Source: Gemmatimonadales bacterium
GTDB taxonomy: Bacteria > Gemmatimonadota > Gemmatimonadetes > Gemmatimonadales > GWC2-71-9
NCBI GenBank assembly: GCA_965249575.1
Contig: OZ252244.1
Coordinates: 928,001-992,000, forward strand
Reading direction: 5' to 3'
DNA: 64,000 nt
This document shows positions 22,571-33,400 of this stretch, one piece after another; positions within the stretch are counted from its first letter, which is position 1; every line of letters starts with the position of its first letter. The notes under the pieces were generated by a model. That model was not told the DNA's origin. It did no database searches and saw only the letters and a program-made list of their open reading frames with translations. A program made the translations under genes and the position numbers.

Positions 22571-23491
22571 ATGTCGATCCGACCCATTAAGCGCTTGGCC
22601 AAGGCACAGCCGACCCGCGAGGGTGCGGGTGTCCGCCTGGACCGAGCGTTCGGATTTGGCGGTACTTCAGATTTCGATCCTTTCCTGCTTCTCGATGACT
22701 TCCGCAACGAACGGCCAGAAGACTACTTGCCCGGCTTTCCGTGGCACCCGCATCGCGGAATCGAAACGATCACCTACGTACTCGCCGGCACCGTCGCCCA
22801 CGGCGACAGCATCGGAAACGAAGGGATCATCGAGGCTGGCGACGTACAGTGGATGACGGCCGGCAGCGGCATCATCCATCAGGAGATGCCGAAGGGAGAT
22901 CCGGACGGCCGCATGCACGGCTTCCAGCTGTGGGCAAATCTGCCCTCGTCGCTCAAGATGACGGCGCCGCGATACCAGGAAGTGAAGGCCGGCGACGTGC
23001 CCGTAGTCACCGACGACGACGGAACCCAAGTCCGAGTCGTGTGCGGGTCCTTTTGGGGAGAGAAGGGGCCGGTGGATGGGATTGCGGCCGACCCCGTCTA
23101 CGTGGATGTGTCCGTTCCGCCAGGGAAGAGCAAGTCCTTGTCGGTAGCGACCGCCCACCATGGCTTCGCGTATGTGTTCGCCGGAAGCGGACAGTTTTCT
23201 GATGCCTCGCAGCCGCTCGCCGTGCCCACCGAGACTTTCGACACGGGGGACTCGCCGCCCGTGCCCGTGGAGGAGGTCGACAATCGATCCCTGGTGCTCT
23301 TCGACCGAGGAGACGAGGTCACGGTTCAGGCCGGTGAAGAGGGAATCCGGTTCCTGCTCGTTTCGGGGAAGCCCTTGAGGGAACCGGTCGCGTGGCGCGG
23401 ACCGATCGTGATGAACACTCAAGAGGAGCTGCGCCGGGCATACGAAGACCTTCAGCGTGGTACGTTCCTGCAGACGGGTGGGGGTGCGTAG
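22571..23491 (+). CDS. Pirin family protein
   Basis: DPFLLLD, HPHRGIETITY, WMTAGSGIIHQE, GPIVMNT. Confidence 0.95.
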   Translation: MSIRPIKRLAKAQPTREGAGVRLDRAFGFGGTSDFDPFLLLDDFRNERPEDYLPGFPWHPHRGIETITYVLAGTVAHGDSIGNEGIIEAGDVQWMTAGSGIIHQEMPKGDPDGRMHGFQLWANLPSSLKMTAPRYQEVKAGDVPVVTDDDGTQVRVVCGSFWGEKGPVDGIAADPVYVDVSVPPGKSKSLSVATAHHGFAYVFAGSGQFSDASQPLAVPTETFDTGDSPPVPVEEVDNRSLVLFDRGDEVTVQAGEEGIRFLLVSGKPLREPVAWRGPIVMNTQEELRRAYEDLQRGTFLQTGGGA

Positions 23492-23644
23492 TAAATGGTA
23501 AATGGTAAATGGTAAATGGTAAATGGTGAGTGGTGAGTGGTGAGTGGTGAGTGGTGAGTGGTGAGTGGTGAGTGGTGAGTGGTGAGTGGTGAGTGGTGAG
23601 TGGTGAGTGGTGAGTGGTGAGTGGTGAGTGGTGAGTGGTGAGTG
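23491..23644. repeat. Heptamer tandem array (GTAAATG)5(GTGAGTG)17
   Basis: Counted directly; starts at the pirin stop codon. Confidence 0.95.
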
Positions 23645-23874
23645 GGACCAAGGAGTAGCGCGTACAGCTTGGCAACCAACCCCAACCCCTGGCCTCTGGT
23701 CCCCGACCCCTGACCTCTGACACCGTGTCGCCTGTCCAAGCAACGAGACAAACGCCCACCTTCGAGCGCGGTGGCACAACCGCAAGTCATAACCCAACAA
23801 CCGCTTGTGCAAGCGGCGACCACCGGCATGTGGTTTGCGATCAAACCGAACATCACTACACACCTGGAGGCACC

Positions 23875-24556
23875 ATGCGTGAAGTACCGCTGTTCTCTGC
23901 GGTCGTACTGTTGGCGAGTGCCGCGGGCACGCTCCAGGCCCAGGAGCTGCGCGAATCGCCGCGCGCGTGGTTGGGCGCGAGTGGCACCCTAGGCCGGCCC
24001 GTCGGTGAGTTTCAGCAATTCGTCGATTGGGGTGGAGGACTGGACGTCTACAGCGTGATCCCGGTCTTCGGCCAGTCGCCCTTCGGCATGCGGCTCGAGG
24101 GCTCACTCACGTTGTACGGCCACGAGGAGTATCAGGCCCCGCTGAGCACGACGGTGAGCAGAGTGACCGTCGACGTGAACACGGCCAACTTCATCGCCGG
24201 GCTCGGCGTCGGCCCGCAGGTCACGCTCGGACACGGACGCATTCGGGACCGCTGGGCTCTCCTACTTCGCCACGGTCTCGTCGGTTGGCTCGGATTCCGA
24301 CGACGAGCTCTCGAGCACCAACTTCGACGACGGGACGTTGGCTCTCTCCGCTGGCGGTGGGTTGCTGATCGGCCTGTCGCGCGGGAGCCATCCAGTATCG
24401 ATGGATCTCTCGGTGGTCACGCGTCACAACGGCGAGGCGGAGTACCTGCGGCGCGGCGGCATCACCGAGAACGCGGACGGGTCGCTCACGCTCGATACGA
24501 TACGGAGTCAGGCAAATCTCGTGAGCTTTCGGATGGGGGTCGCCGTTGGGTTGTGA
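23875..24556 (+). pseudogene. Outer membrane beta-barrel-like protein, frameshifted near 24245
   Basis: GGAGG RBS, signal peptide MREVPLFSAVVLLASAAGTLQAQ, alternating beta strands, ends FRMGVAVGL in another frame. Confidence 0.6.
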
Positions 24557-24599
24557 ACAGGTGTCAAGTTCCAGTGTCAGGGGCACGTTCCTCTTCGCC

Positions 24600-24859
24600 A
24601 GCGGGACGCGGTACGTAGGGGAGTCGCCCGCGGCACCCGCGAAGGGGAGGGTGTCATAAAGCTGTTGACCGGCGCGCGATATTCGGGCGCGATCCGTGAG
24701 GGCGTCTTCCACGGACGAGGTACTTTGGAGTACGTTGATGGAGGCTACGAGGGAGATTGGGAGTTAGGGAAGCGCCACGGGGAGGGACGGGAAGAATACG
24801 CCTCGGGGAATGTGCTGACCGGGCTCTTTGAGGAGGATCGAATGGTGAGGGGCCGGTGA
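24600..24859 (+). pseudogene. MORN-repeat fragment
   Basis: YSGAIREGVFHGRG, YEGDWELGKRHGEG; no convincing start. Confidence 0.55.
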
Positions 24860-25121
24860 GGGCGGGGACACCTAACCGAGTGTTGGCAATGTCCGATCCG
24901 GAGTAGACCGACAGAAGACCATGGTCCAACAGTACAGTGCACCTGCGCCCGCCATCGCAACGCGGAGCTAGAGGAAGACTCCAGGGCACTCGTGAACCAG
25001 GTTTCAGGTTCCAGGTATCGGTCCCAGGGAAGGCTCCTCGTAGCACCTGACACCTGTTTACATGCCGGCGGGACATCCACCCCCCCCTGCTTATTGATCG
25101 GCGACCCTCGACGCACCACTC

Positions 25122-26753
25122 CTACCACATCTGCGGTAGCTCCTCACCGGATCGAGGCTCGAGTCGTCGGGCCCGATAGGTGCCGAGCGAGACCAGCTTG
25201 CGCAGCACCTGATGATTGCGGAACGGGTGACTCCGGACTAGGGCGGCCACGAGGCGGCGGGAGATGCGCAGCAGCCACACGGTGAGGACCTCCACCCCGC
25301 CCACGAGGAATTCTTCCTTTCGCGCGACGACGCCCTCGAGAATGCGGCGGGCGCACTCGTCCGGCTCCATACCCTGGAGATGCACCAGCATCCGTTTCCC
25401 AAATCGGCGGCCGCTCCCGGTCAGCGCGTTGACCGTGATCGGTGTGTTGATGAACCCGGGGAGGACAAGGGTTACCTGGATATTGTGATCGCGCACTTCG
25501 CATCGAAGTGAATCGAAGAACCCATGCAAGGCGTGTTTGGAGGCAGCATATGCACTCATCCGGGGGACGCCGTACTTCCCAGCCACACTGCTCACGACCA
25601 CGATCGTGCCGCACCGCCGCCGGAGCATCGACGGCAAGATGGCGTTGGTGAGCGCCACGGGTGCGAAGTAGTTGGTCTCCATCACCTGCCGGTGGATATC
25701 GACCGGTAGGTCGACGGCGAGGTCCCGGGCCGCTATCCCGGCATTGTGAATGACCCAGTCGACGTGGCCGGTGATCGCGAGTGCCCTCTCTACCGCTCGA
25801 GGGCGCGCCGCTCCGTCGGTCAGGTCGAGGGGCATGACATGGACCTCGGCCTCGCCCTCGCACTCGGCGGCAACGGCTTGCAGTCGGTGCACGCTTCGGG
25901 CGGACAGGATCACCGCCGCCCCGGCCCGATGCGCCAGAAGCGCCAGCGACCGCCCGATACCCGAGGACGCCCCGGTGATCCACACCACCTTGCCCCGGAG
26001 CGATCCCTTCCCGCACTGCCCCGGCGGCGCGGAACTCACCGCGGGCGCGGCGTCGGCGATCAACCCGGCGTGCAGGTCACGCACCGCGGCCATGGCGCGA
26101 TCGACGATGGCCTGGGCTGTCTCTCTCCCTGCGGGTCGCGCATACAGATCGGCGCATTCCACGGGATCGCCAAACGTGATCCGGAGACGCTGGCGGATCC
26201 GCGGCCGTGGGCGCTCGTAGGGCATCGCGTCGAGCAGCCTGTCCACCGCCACCGGAACGATCCGCGGGTGGGTCCGCCACGCCACGTACCCGGCTCCCGG
26301 GCGGGCGGCGAGGATGGTCCCGTCGGGAGACCGCCGCCCCTCGGGGAAAAAGATCGTCGTGCCATCGGGCAGTTCCTCGCACATCCGCCGCATCGCCGAC
26401 GCGTCCCTCCGGCCACGGCAGACCGGGATGCACCGGAGATGTCGAGCCAGCCACGCAACTACCCGGCTACGAAACCAGTATTCCGAAGCGGCGAGACTCC
26501 AGGGATGCAGAGAGGGTCGCCACAAGGTCTGCGGGAAGAGCGCCGCCAACGTGATCAGGAACGGATCGAGCGGAGACTGATGGTTGGAGACGAACATCAG
26601 GTTCGCCTTCCAGTCGCCGCGGTAGCCCCGCACGATCGTCGTGCGATTCAACACGAAGAAGTACACCCAGGCCACGAGGGAGCATGCGTTGGTGACGGCG
26701 AAAGCGGTCAGCCTCCATCCCCAGCTTCCACGGCGCGACGTTGCGGCGTTCAT
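25122..26753 (-). CDS. PlsC-type acyltransferase fused to DHRS7/DHRS7B-like short-chain dehydrogenase
   Basis: NHQSPLD (HX4D) and FFPEG in the N-half; TGASSGIG, NAG, YAASK in the C-half; one continuous frame from ATG 26753. Confidence 0.85.
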   Translation of the reverse strand: MNAATSRRGSWGWRLTAFAVTNACSLVAWVYFFVLNRTTIVRGYRGDWKANLMFVSNHQSPLDPFLITLAALFPQTLWRPSLHPWSLAASEYWFRSRVVAWLARHLRCIPVCRGRRDASAMRRMCEELPDGTTIFFPEGRRSPDGTILAARPGAGYVAWRTHPRIVPVAVDRLLDAMPYERPRPRIRQRLRITFGDPVECADLYARPAGRETAQAIVDRAMAAVRDLHAGLIADAAPAVSSAPPGQCGKGSLRGKVVWITGASSGIGRSLALLAHRAGAAVILSARSVHRLQAVAAECEGEAEVHVMPLDLTDGAARPRAVERALAITGHVDWVIHNAGIAARDLAVDLPVDIHRQVMETNYFAPVALTNAILPSMLRRRCGTIVVVSSVAGKYGVPRMSAYAASKHALHGFFDSLRCEVRDHNIQVTLVLPGFINTPITVNALTGSGRRFGKRMLVHLQGMEPDECARRILEGVVARKEEFLVGGVEVLTVWLLRISRRLVAALVRSHPFRNHQVLRKLVSLGTYRARRLEPRSGEELPQMW

Positions 26754-27187
26754 TGCCCGGACCACGAGACCAGTGCGATCCACAGGAACTGTGCCGGGAT
26801 ACGCCACGCCGGCGCCGTGGCAAGTCCGCCCCGAAGCCGCAGCGATTTCCGGGCGACCCGCACGTTGGCCGGGAGTTTCAGCACCAGCAGAACGAGGAGC
26901 GCCGCCGCCGCCACCCGACGGGCCACGTCGGTGATCAACCCGATCCCCCCGGCGATCTGCCAAATGCCCAGGATGATGACGACGAGAGCCGGCCGGGGAA
27001 TCACGGGTGGGACGAGCCGTTCGACATCCCGGCCCAAGGGAGTGAAATGCGCGGTGCCCATGATGATGAAGGTGGTGCCCGTCGCCCAGCGGGCGGCCTG
27101 AACCCACGAATCCAAGGCGTCCACCCCCACCGCACCCACCATGCGGAGGGCCAGAGCCAGGACGATCACGATGAAAACGGGACTCAT
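26750..27187 (-). CDS. DoxX-like membrane protein
   Basis: GTAHF, VPPVIPRP, PANV, RIPAQ; ATGA overlap with the next gene. Confidence 0.75.
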   Translation of the reverse strand: MSPVFIVIVLALALRMVGAVGVDALDSWVQAARWATGTTFIIMGTAHFTPLGRDVERLVPPVIPRPALVVIILGIWQIAGGIGLITDVARRVAAAALLVLLVLKLPANVRVARKSLRLRGGLATAPAWRIPAQFLWIALVSWSGQ

Positions 27188-27191
27188 GAGA

Positions 27192-28085
27192 TCACGGCCC
27201 CGGAGCGCACCATCGCGCGCGCAGCCGGTCGAGCTCATCCGGGCGGAAGAAGTGCCTGACCTCCGGAGTGTCGTAGAAACGATCCACGTAGGCCCGCGGG
27301 AGCGTGATGCGATTGAGCAGATCGACGTACCGCCGCCCGTTGGCCTTCCGGGCCTGGATGTTGGTGTGCTTCCAGCGGAGCTCCGCCAGGCCCAGGAAGC
27401 CGCGGAGCGCCTCTGCGCCCACCTGGCTCAGTCGGTCGGCCCGGATGAGGAGCACTTCGGCAATGGGCCCCGGGTACACGTGGTACCCGGCGTCAACGTC
27501 AAACGGGACATCAAGAGGGTTCACGTGGAACACCCGGCGCAGTTCGTCGTCGAACCACCGCATGCAATTGATCTGCGACGGGAAGGCCCGCTCGAACCGC
27601 TCGAAGACCGCTAGCGGGTCGAGGGTGTCAGTATCGCGACTGGACCCGAAATCCGGCATCAACCGCCCACCGAGGTGGAAGAGGAGCGACAGGTTCCTGG
27701 CGATCGGGTCGCGGACGAGCGTGATGACCTTCCAGCGGCCGGGTGTCACCCCGCGTCGCAGCTGCTCTTCGAGATACCGACTCACCAGGAGGTGTCCCGC
27801 CCAAGGCAACGACGGTACCCTGCACCGCCGGTAAAACCGTTCCATCGTCTCGATACCGTCTCTGGTCAGCGTATGTACGTGAAACACCGGCTGCCCCGGC
27901 TTCGAGCGCCGAACCGAGTGCAGCACCGTCTTGGACGCGACCTTGGCCATCTGGTACACGAGCACTGCGGGTCGTGTCCGGAGGTCTTCGAGTCCGCGAG
28001 CATGGAAGACCATCTTCGCCATCGGATAGGCCAGCCGGAGCGCCGTCGGCGTGGACGGAGGGGGATCGGTGAGGGTGTAGTTCAT
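27192..28085 (-). CDS. Putative capsular polysaccharide synthesis family (sulfotransferase-like) protein
   Basis: VYQMAKVASKT (5'-PSB-like), ITLVRDPIARNLS (3'-PB-like), WFDDEL. Confidence 0.7.
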   Translation of the reverse strand: MNYTLTDPPPSTPTALRLAYPMAKMVFHARGLEDLRTRPAVLVYQMAKVASKTVLHSVRRSKPGQPVFHVHTLTRDGIETMERFYRRCRVPSLPWAGHLLVSRYLEEQLRRGVTPGRWKVITLVRDPIARNLSLLFHLGGRLMPDFGSSRDTDTLDPLAVFERFERAFPSQINCMRWFDDELRRVFHVNPLDVPFDVDAGYHVYPGPIAEVLLIRADRLSQVGAEALRGFLGLAELRWKHTNIQARKANGRRYVDLLNRITLPRAYVDRFYDTPEVRHFFRPDELDRLRARWCAPGP

Positions 28086-29230
28086 GCTACCCTCCGGGTG
28101 AGGCCGCCGCGCAGCACACGATAGACCCGTCCGCGCCACTCTACGCGGTCGACCACCAGGGCGTGCCAGCAGCCAACCGCCGTGACGATGTCCATGAATG
28201 GGAGCAACCACAGATATTTCAACTGGGTCCGGTCATGAATGAAGCATTGACTCATGACGACCACGACCGAGAGCCTCGTCGCCATCGCGACCGCGCCGAG
28301 GCCCATCAGGGGACCGGAAGCGAACAGTGCGAGCAGCACCGACACCGGAAAGACGCTGCGCATCCAACAGTACCAGGTGTAGAACGGCCCGGACAACACG
28401 TGCGCCATGCCTACCTGCCACCGATGGGCCTGGTTCCACCACACGCGGTACGTGACCGTTCGACAAGGCACTTCCACCGGTTCGTGGTGCATCAGCACGC
28501 GAAATCCCGCTTGGTGCATCCGACGAGCCAGTATCACATCCATGAGCAGCGACGATTCCTGATGCCAGAAACCACCAATCCTTGCCAGCACATCACGGCG
28601 GACGGCCATGCACGACCCGTTCGCCAATCGGAGCCCACCCCACACCGACTGCAGTGCAAAGTGACCGAGCAGATCGTGGTTGATGGAACCGGCCAACATC
28701 GCGGCCGGAACGCTCGATGCCCGCCGATACGCCGGGAAGCACGTGATCAGCCCGACGTCTGGCTCATCGAGTGGTGCCGTGAAGTCGCGCAGGAAATGCG
28801 GGTGGGGAAGGATGGTGTCCCCGTCCACGAACACGAGCCGTTCGCCTCGGGCCACAGCCGCCCCTTCTATGAGGTTGTGCATCTTCCCAAGTCGTGTGCC
28901 GCTCGGTCCGGTGATCAGGACCCTGATGCGGTCCGGGTCGCTGGCGGCCAGGTCCCGCAGTTCCGGTACGGCGGGATCAGCATGATCCTCGACGCAGAAC
29001 AGCCATTCGATCGAGCCAACCGTCTGTTGGGCGATCAGGCGGCGGAGCACCAGGGTTCGGCCCTCGTCCTGCCCCTTCAGTGGGACCAGGACGCTGACGG
29101 ATGCCGACGAAGGCGCGGACCGATAACGTCGGGATCGCCGCCGCGCGAACAGGGCGTGAATGGGGTAACTGGCCACGATCGCCGTGGGAAACCCGATAGC
29201 GACGACGGCAACCCAGAACAGGAGGGACAT
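28082..29230 (-). CDS. Ceramide glucosyltransferase/HpnI-like glycosyltransferase (GT21/GT2)
   Basis: N-terminal TM, PLKG, KMHNL, DGD, QAHRW (QxxRW), VEWRGRVY. Confidence 0.8.
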   Translation of the reverse strand: MSLLFWVAVVAIGFPTAIVASYPIHALFARRRSRRYRSAPSSASVSVLVPLKGQDEGRTLVLRRLIAQQTVGSIEWLFCVEDHADPAVPELRDLAASDPDRIRVLITGPSGTRLGKMHNLIEGAAVARGERLVFVDGDTILPHPHFLRDFTAPLDEPDVGLITCFPAYRRASSVPAAMLAGSINHDLLGHFALQSVWGGLRLANGSCMAVRRDVLARIGGFWHQESSLLMDVILARRMHQAGFRVLMHHEPVEVPCRTVTYRVWWNQAHRWQVGMAHVLSGPFYTWYCWMRSVFPVSVLLALFASGPLMGLGAVAMATRLSVVVVMSQCFIHDRTQLKYLWLLPFMDIVTAVGCWHALVVDRVEWRGRVYRVLRGGLTRRVA

Positions 29231-29458
29231 CGTGTGGACCTTTCGCAGCCGGTTCGTGCGATCCATGGGATGGAAGCCCACCCCACGGGCCGCACCGAAT
29301 CAGTAGCCAGGCCCCCGTCAAGAGGACATCAAGCGGATCTCCAACGCGTAGTCGACCTCGTGGTCCCGCTTGCCACCCGGTGACGCCGCGCCGCTAAGTC
29401 CCACCGGATATAACGGGAGCACGGCATGCGGTTGATCTCTCCGCCGCGTTATCTCCGA

Positions 29459-29569
29459 TGTACCAAGACTGTGCCCATAAGAAGAGAAAACGGCACCGCA
29501 ACTACCGGTGCCGTTCCCGACGCCTCGCACGATTTCAATCTCTTACATAACAGGCCCGGCAGGACTCGA
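29459..29569 (-). mobile_element. att-like end: TGTGCCCA arm repeats, IHF-like motif, 19-bp tRNA-Trp 3' copy
   Basis: CAGGCCCGGCAGGACTCGA at 29551-29569 equals 43768-43786; the 110-bp block aligns with 38290-38399. Confidence 0.7.
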
Positions 29570-29619
29570 CCCGACTGCTCCGAGAGCAGCGGGGAGCGCG
29601 GGCAAAGAGGAAGATCTCT

Positions 29620-30165
29620 TCAGGGCCGAGTCAGCACACCCTCATCCAGCCTCGGTGCCGCGTCAGCGACCCGGTCGCTGCGCTGCCTGGCTTCTTCGGG
29701 GCGGCTGGCAGAGCGATCGCCCTCGACTTGGCTCTCTGGCACGGAGGCGTACCCGGCGGAGCGACGGATGAGTCCGACGATCTCATGGAGCCGATGCTCG
29801 AGGGCGTCCATTTCCTGCTGAGCGGACTCCTTGGTACGAATCCCCTGATCGATTCCCGCTGCAAGCCAATTGAGGCGGCGTACTTCGACGATGAAATGCT
29901 CGAGGTTGCCCCGGAGATCTTGGTAAACGCGCCGCTTAAAGCGTCTCTCGATGAAGCGGTTGAAATACTCCACCATGCCGAGCCGGCCCGACAACCACAT
30001 GATGATACCGAGCAAGCCCAAGCCCACGAGCACGCGCACGACGGGATCGAACGTGAAGAAGGTGATTGTGACCTCGATGATCACAACCACACCGAGGATA
30101 AACGCCAGAAACATCGACTGGAACCTGGGTTGTAGTGCCGCCATTGTGTCGGCCTCCATGAACAT
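29620..30165 (-). CDS. Hypothetical membrane protein
   Basis: Two N-terminal TM helices plus helical C-terminus; GGAG upstream. Confidence 0.7.
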   Translation of the reverse strand: MFMEADTMAALQPRFQSMFLAFILGVVVIIEVTITFFTFDPVVRVLVGLGLLGIIMWLSGRLGMVEYFNRFIERRFKRRVYQDLRGNLEHFIVEVRRLNWLAAGIDQGIRTKESAQQEMDALEHRLHEIVGLIRRSAGYASVPESQVEGDRSASRPEEARQRSDRVADAAPRLDEGVLTRP

Positions 30166-30449
30166 TCGGGGACTCGTGTCTCCCCTCCCTCACGACCCAT
30201 GCGCTAGTTCGTCAATACCCAACACCGTACCGTACAGTTAAACGCTTGCAGCTCTTGTGCTTGCACAGCGGGTACCGCCTCGGGGCGCGTTTGACACTAC
30301 CCTACTGCAAGACGGTACCCTGTGACACCTGTCACACATCTGGATTATCGACCGGTTGAGACGAATACCTGAAGCGGGCGAGGGCGGTCTACGACCCTTC
30401 CGACCGGGGGTCGTGCCTGCAAGTCAACCGCCGGCAGGTGCTAGAACAC

Positions 30450-30650
30450 AGAGGCATGTTGGTTGCCGAGCTCGAAGCGATGCCGGAGTTCTCCGCCACC
30501 TGGGGCCGGACGCGGCGGAAGTAAAAAGGGAAGGCGACCTGGTTTGCACGATTGGCAACCTATGAGATGAGGATGCAGAGCCCGGACGGCCCAGCGAGCA
30601 TAAGCGGCAAATACCTGAGCGTGTCGAAGAAACAATCGGATGGCACGGAT
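30450..30650 (+). pseudogene. DUF4440/YybH-like (NTF2 fold) C-terminal remnant
   Basis: ...EGDLVCTIG / TYEMRMQSPDGPASISGKYLSVSKKQSDG across frames. Confidence 0.45.
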
Positions 30651-30889
30651 GGTGAGCGCCGAGGGGCACCCGGTGCTTGTTTGAATTCCGACCCGAGATT
30701 GACGGGAGCCGGGAGCGGATCGGACGGCGTGTGCAGATAGACGATCGCCTTACCACCCAGTCACGCGCCCACCCAAACTCTAGACACGCCACGAACAGGA
30801 GTTGCATTATCGTGACGGCACCTGCGTAGGCGGTTTTTCGACGCGGCCGACTATTAGTCAGATGGCACAGGGGTACCCAGGTCAAGAAA

Positions 30890-31324
30890 GTGCTTCCACC
30901 CACCTATTTCTTGATAGCGCTGGCAGCTATGCCTGCGATTCATTTCTTGTGGCCGATTCATCAGTACTGGCGGTTTCCCACGAGTCTCATCGGCATCATC
31001 CCGCTGGCATGCGGTATATATCTCAACGTTGTGGCCGATCGGCAATTCCAACGTCACCAGACGACGGTCAAGCCCTTCGAGAAGTCATCGGCGCTTGTTA
31101 GCGGGTTTCCGTTTTCCGTTAGCAGAAACCCGATGTATCTGGGTGTAACACTGATGCTTCTGGGAGTTGCTCTGCTGTTCGGCTCATTGTCGCCACTCGT
31201 GCCGGCAGTAGCGTTTGCTGTTCTAGTGGATCGATGTTTCGTTCGAGTTGAGGAGCGTATGCTGTCCGAGCACTTCGGCCCCGAGTGGGAGCGGTACCGG
31301 TCACACGTTCGAAGATGGCTGTGA
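30890..31324 (+). CDS. Isoprenylcysteine carboxyl methyltransferase/PEMT family protein
   Basis: LVSGFPFSVSRNPMYLG, EERMLSEHFG..W..Y...VRRWL. Confidence 0.9.
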   Translation: MLPPTYFLIALAAMPAIHFLWPIHQYWRFPTSLIGIIPLACGIYLNVVADRQFQRHQTTVKPFEKSSALVSGFPFSVSRNPMYLGVTLMLLGVALLFGSLSPLVPAVAFAVLVDRCFVRVEERMLSEHFGPEWERYRSHVRRWL

Positions 31325-31554
31325 CGCGGCGCAGGCCCAGGGACATCGGCGATGTGGCCCACTCTTCGTTGCGCTGCCCCCAACCACGAGGCTAGGCATG
31401 CTTCCGATTCGTGCCCATCGCCGTGGACCGCGCACCACGAGGAGCGAGGGCAAAGAGCCAGCCGCGCACGAGTGAAAAGGCAAGACTATCAGTGTGCTTC
31501 AGCTCGTGTGTGCGCCGTGGATGTCATTAGGCCGAGGCCGACAAGCGCATTGCG

Positions 31555-31700
31555 TAAGCCAGCTGAGGAGCGCCGGGCTATGGCCGTCGCGGCGGAACAG
31601 GAGATGACCGCCCGGGTGCAGGAGATGAAGGCGAGGGTGGTCGGGGCAGAGGCAGCCGTTCCCCTGGCCCTGGCGGAGGCGTCCGGAAGGGGCGCCTATA
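31555..31700 (+). pseudogene. Flotillin-like FloA (YqfA) internal fragment
   Basis: [40 protein letters not shown]. Confidence 0.7.
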
Positions 31701-31855
31701 GTGTCTGGTAACCCTCAAGGCGTCGCACTTGGCGGCACCCGAAGGGACGCCGGCGTTGCTCGCCAGCGTCACCCAGAAGCAGGCAACACCAGTGGATCGG
31801 GGCGGGCGGGCGCGCGTGGCGTCAGCGCGGTGCAGTGTTCCGCTTGCCCGGGAGA

Positions 31856-32959
31856 CTATTGTCGCCAGGCGTGCGGGACGACCTCGGGACGCGTCGCCTC
31901 GACCGGCTCCACGTCCTGCTGCCCAAGCCGGCGGCGGATCGTCGGAAGGTCGCGGAACCCGACGAGGCGTCGCTCGTCCTCGTCCCACAGCGTCATCCCG
32001 ACCGTCTTCAAACTCTCGCGGATCGTGAGGTGGGTAACGTTCTGGAGGGCGGGGGTTTCGTCAAGACAGCGCTGAAGCCGGTAGTTCGGAATCTGACTTG
32101 ACAGGTGATGCACGTGGTGGATCCCGATGTTGCCGGTCAACCACTGCAATACCTTCGGAAGTACCAGATGCGAGCTGCCCTGGAGCCCTGCCTCCCAATA
32201 GTCCCAGTTCTCGCGATACCGCCAGTAGGTGTCCTCGTACTGGTGCTGCACGTAGAAGAGGAACACGCCGAGTGATCCCGCGATCAGTGTGATCGGCAGT
32301 TGCACCAGCAGGAAGTTCTTGATCCCCACCGTGAGCCACATGACCGTGATCACGATGAGCAGCGCCAGGTTGGTGCGGTGGATGCTCGCCCATTCCCGCC
32401 GCCAGTTGCGAGGGAGATCGAGTGGGAGCCGGTGCTTGAAGATGAACTGGTACGCCGGCCCGATCAGCAGCATCACGAGCGGATTGCGGTAGAGCCGGTA
32501 GAGAATCCGTTTCATGCGCGGCAGACCGAGGAACTCGCGCACCGTCAGCGTATCGATGTCGCCAAAGCTCCGGAGGTCGAGGTTGCCCGACGTGGCGTGA
32601 TGCACGGCGTGTGTCTTCCGCCAATAGGCGTAGGGCACCAGCGTCATGACGCCAATCGTCCCGCCCACCAGATTCGCCGTGCGTCGCGACTTGAAGAACG
32701 CGCCGTGGCCACAATCGTGCTGCAAGATGAAGAGACGCGTCAACAGCATCGCCGTGGGCACCGCCAGGAGCAACGTAAGCCAATACCCGATCTGCAGGCT
32801 CCAGAGCATCGCGCCCCAGAGGAGCGCAAACGGCACGGCGGTGTTTACGAGTTGAAAGACGCTCCGCCACGTGCTCGGTCCCTTGTAGGGAGCGAGGAGT
32901 GTCTGCCAATCGATATCCGCCGAGAACCGGGTTGCGTTCGTCACGTCACCTCCATCCAT
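31856..32959 (-). CDS. Membrane fatty acid desaturase (Des-like)
   Basis: His boxes HDCGH, HAVHH, HHVHH; LFYVQHQ; IPNYRL. Confidence 0.9.
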   Translation of the reverse strand: MDGGDVTNATRFSADIDWQTLLAPYKGPSTWRSVFQLVNTAVPFALLWGAMLWSLQIGYWLTLLLAVPTAMLLTRLFILQHDCGHGAFFKSRRTANLVGGTIGVMTLVPYAYWRKTHAVHHATSGNLDLRSFGDIDTLTVREFLGLPRMKRILYRLYRNPLVMLLIGPAYQFIFKHRLPLDLPRNWRREWASIHRTNLALLIVITVMWLTVGIKNFLLVQLPITLIAGSLGVFLFYVQHQYEDTYWRYRENWDYWEAGLQGSSHLVLPKVLQWLTGNIGIHHVHHLSSQIPNYRLQRCLDETPALQNVTHLTIRESLKTVGMTLWDEDERRLVGFRDLPTIRRRLGQQDVEPVEATRPEVVPHAWRQ

Positions 32960-33269
32960 TGTCTTTCTTCTTCGTCGAGGCGGTTCACCGCTCACCGCGC
33001 CTGCGCTGAGCCGCGGTTCTCAACCGCAAGAAGACGCGAGGCGAACAGTGACAGATTCACTGTTTCGGCCAGACCGCTGCGCAACCGCTGTCACCGAGCC
33101 GACCAGGCTGAGCGGCCCCGGAGGCCCTCCGGTTGAATGGAAGTTTACCGCTAAGGGGATAAGAGACAAGGTGGATTTCGACTTCACCCCGCCCGGCCAG
33201 CCGCACCTCGACAGACGAGCCCCGGCGCGGGGCACGGTGCTTTGCGGCGAGCCGACGACCCTCGTCGAG

Positions 33270-33400
33270 CAACTCCGCACAGCCCAGGCGGCCACGTGGC
33301 TGGGCGACACGCCCGATGTCGTGATGCGCACCTACGTCAAGCCGAGCAAGGCGGCGCAGGCCCACGCCGTGCTGTCCAGCACAAACGCCCCCGAAGAGGC
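33270..33400 (+). pseudogene. Possible tyrosine-recombinase C-terminal remnant
   Basis: AATWLGDTPDVVMRTYVK resembles the box II/catalytic Tyr segment; lies just beside an att core. Confidence 0.4.

Noticed and set aside
22667..24106. ORFs containing THHSPLT repeats
   Set aside because: Translation artefact of the stop-free heptamer array, antisense to pirin
25746..27101. Long plus-strand ORFs here and at 586, 13814, 15661, 28163 and 59389
   Set aside because: Antisense shadows of well-supported genes in high-GC DNA
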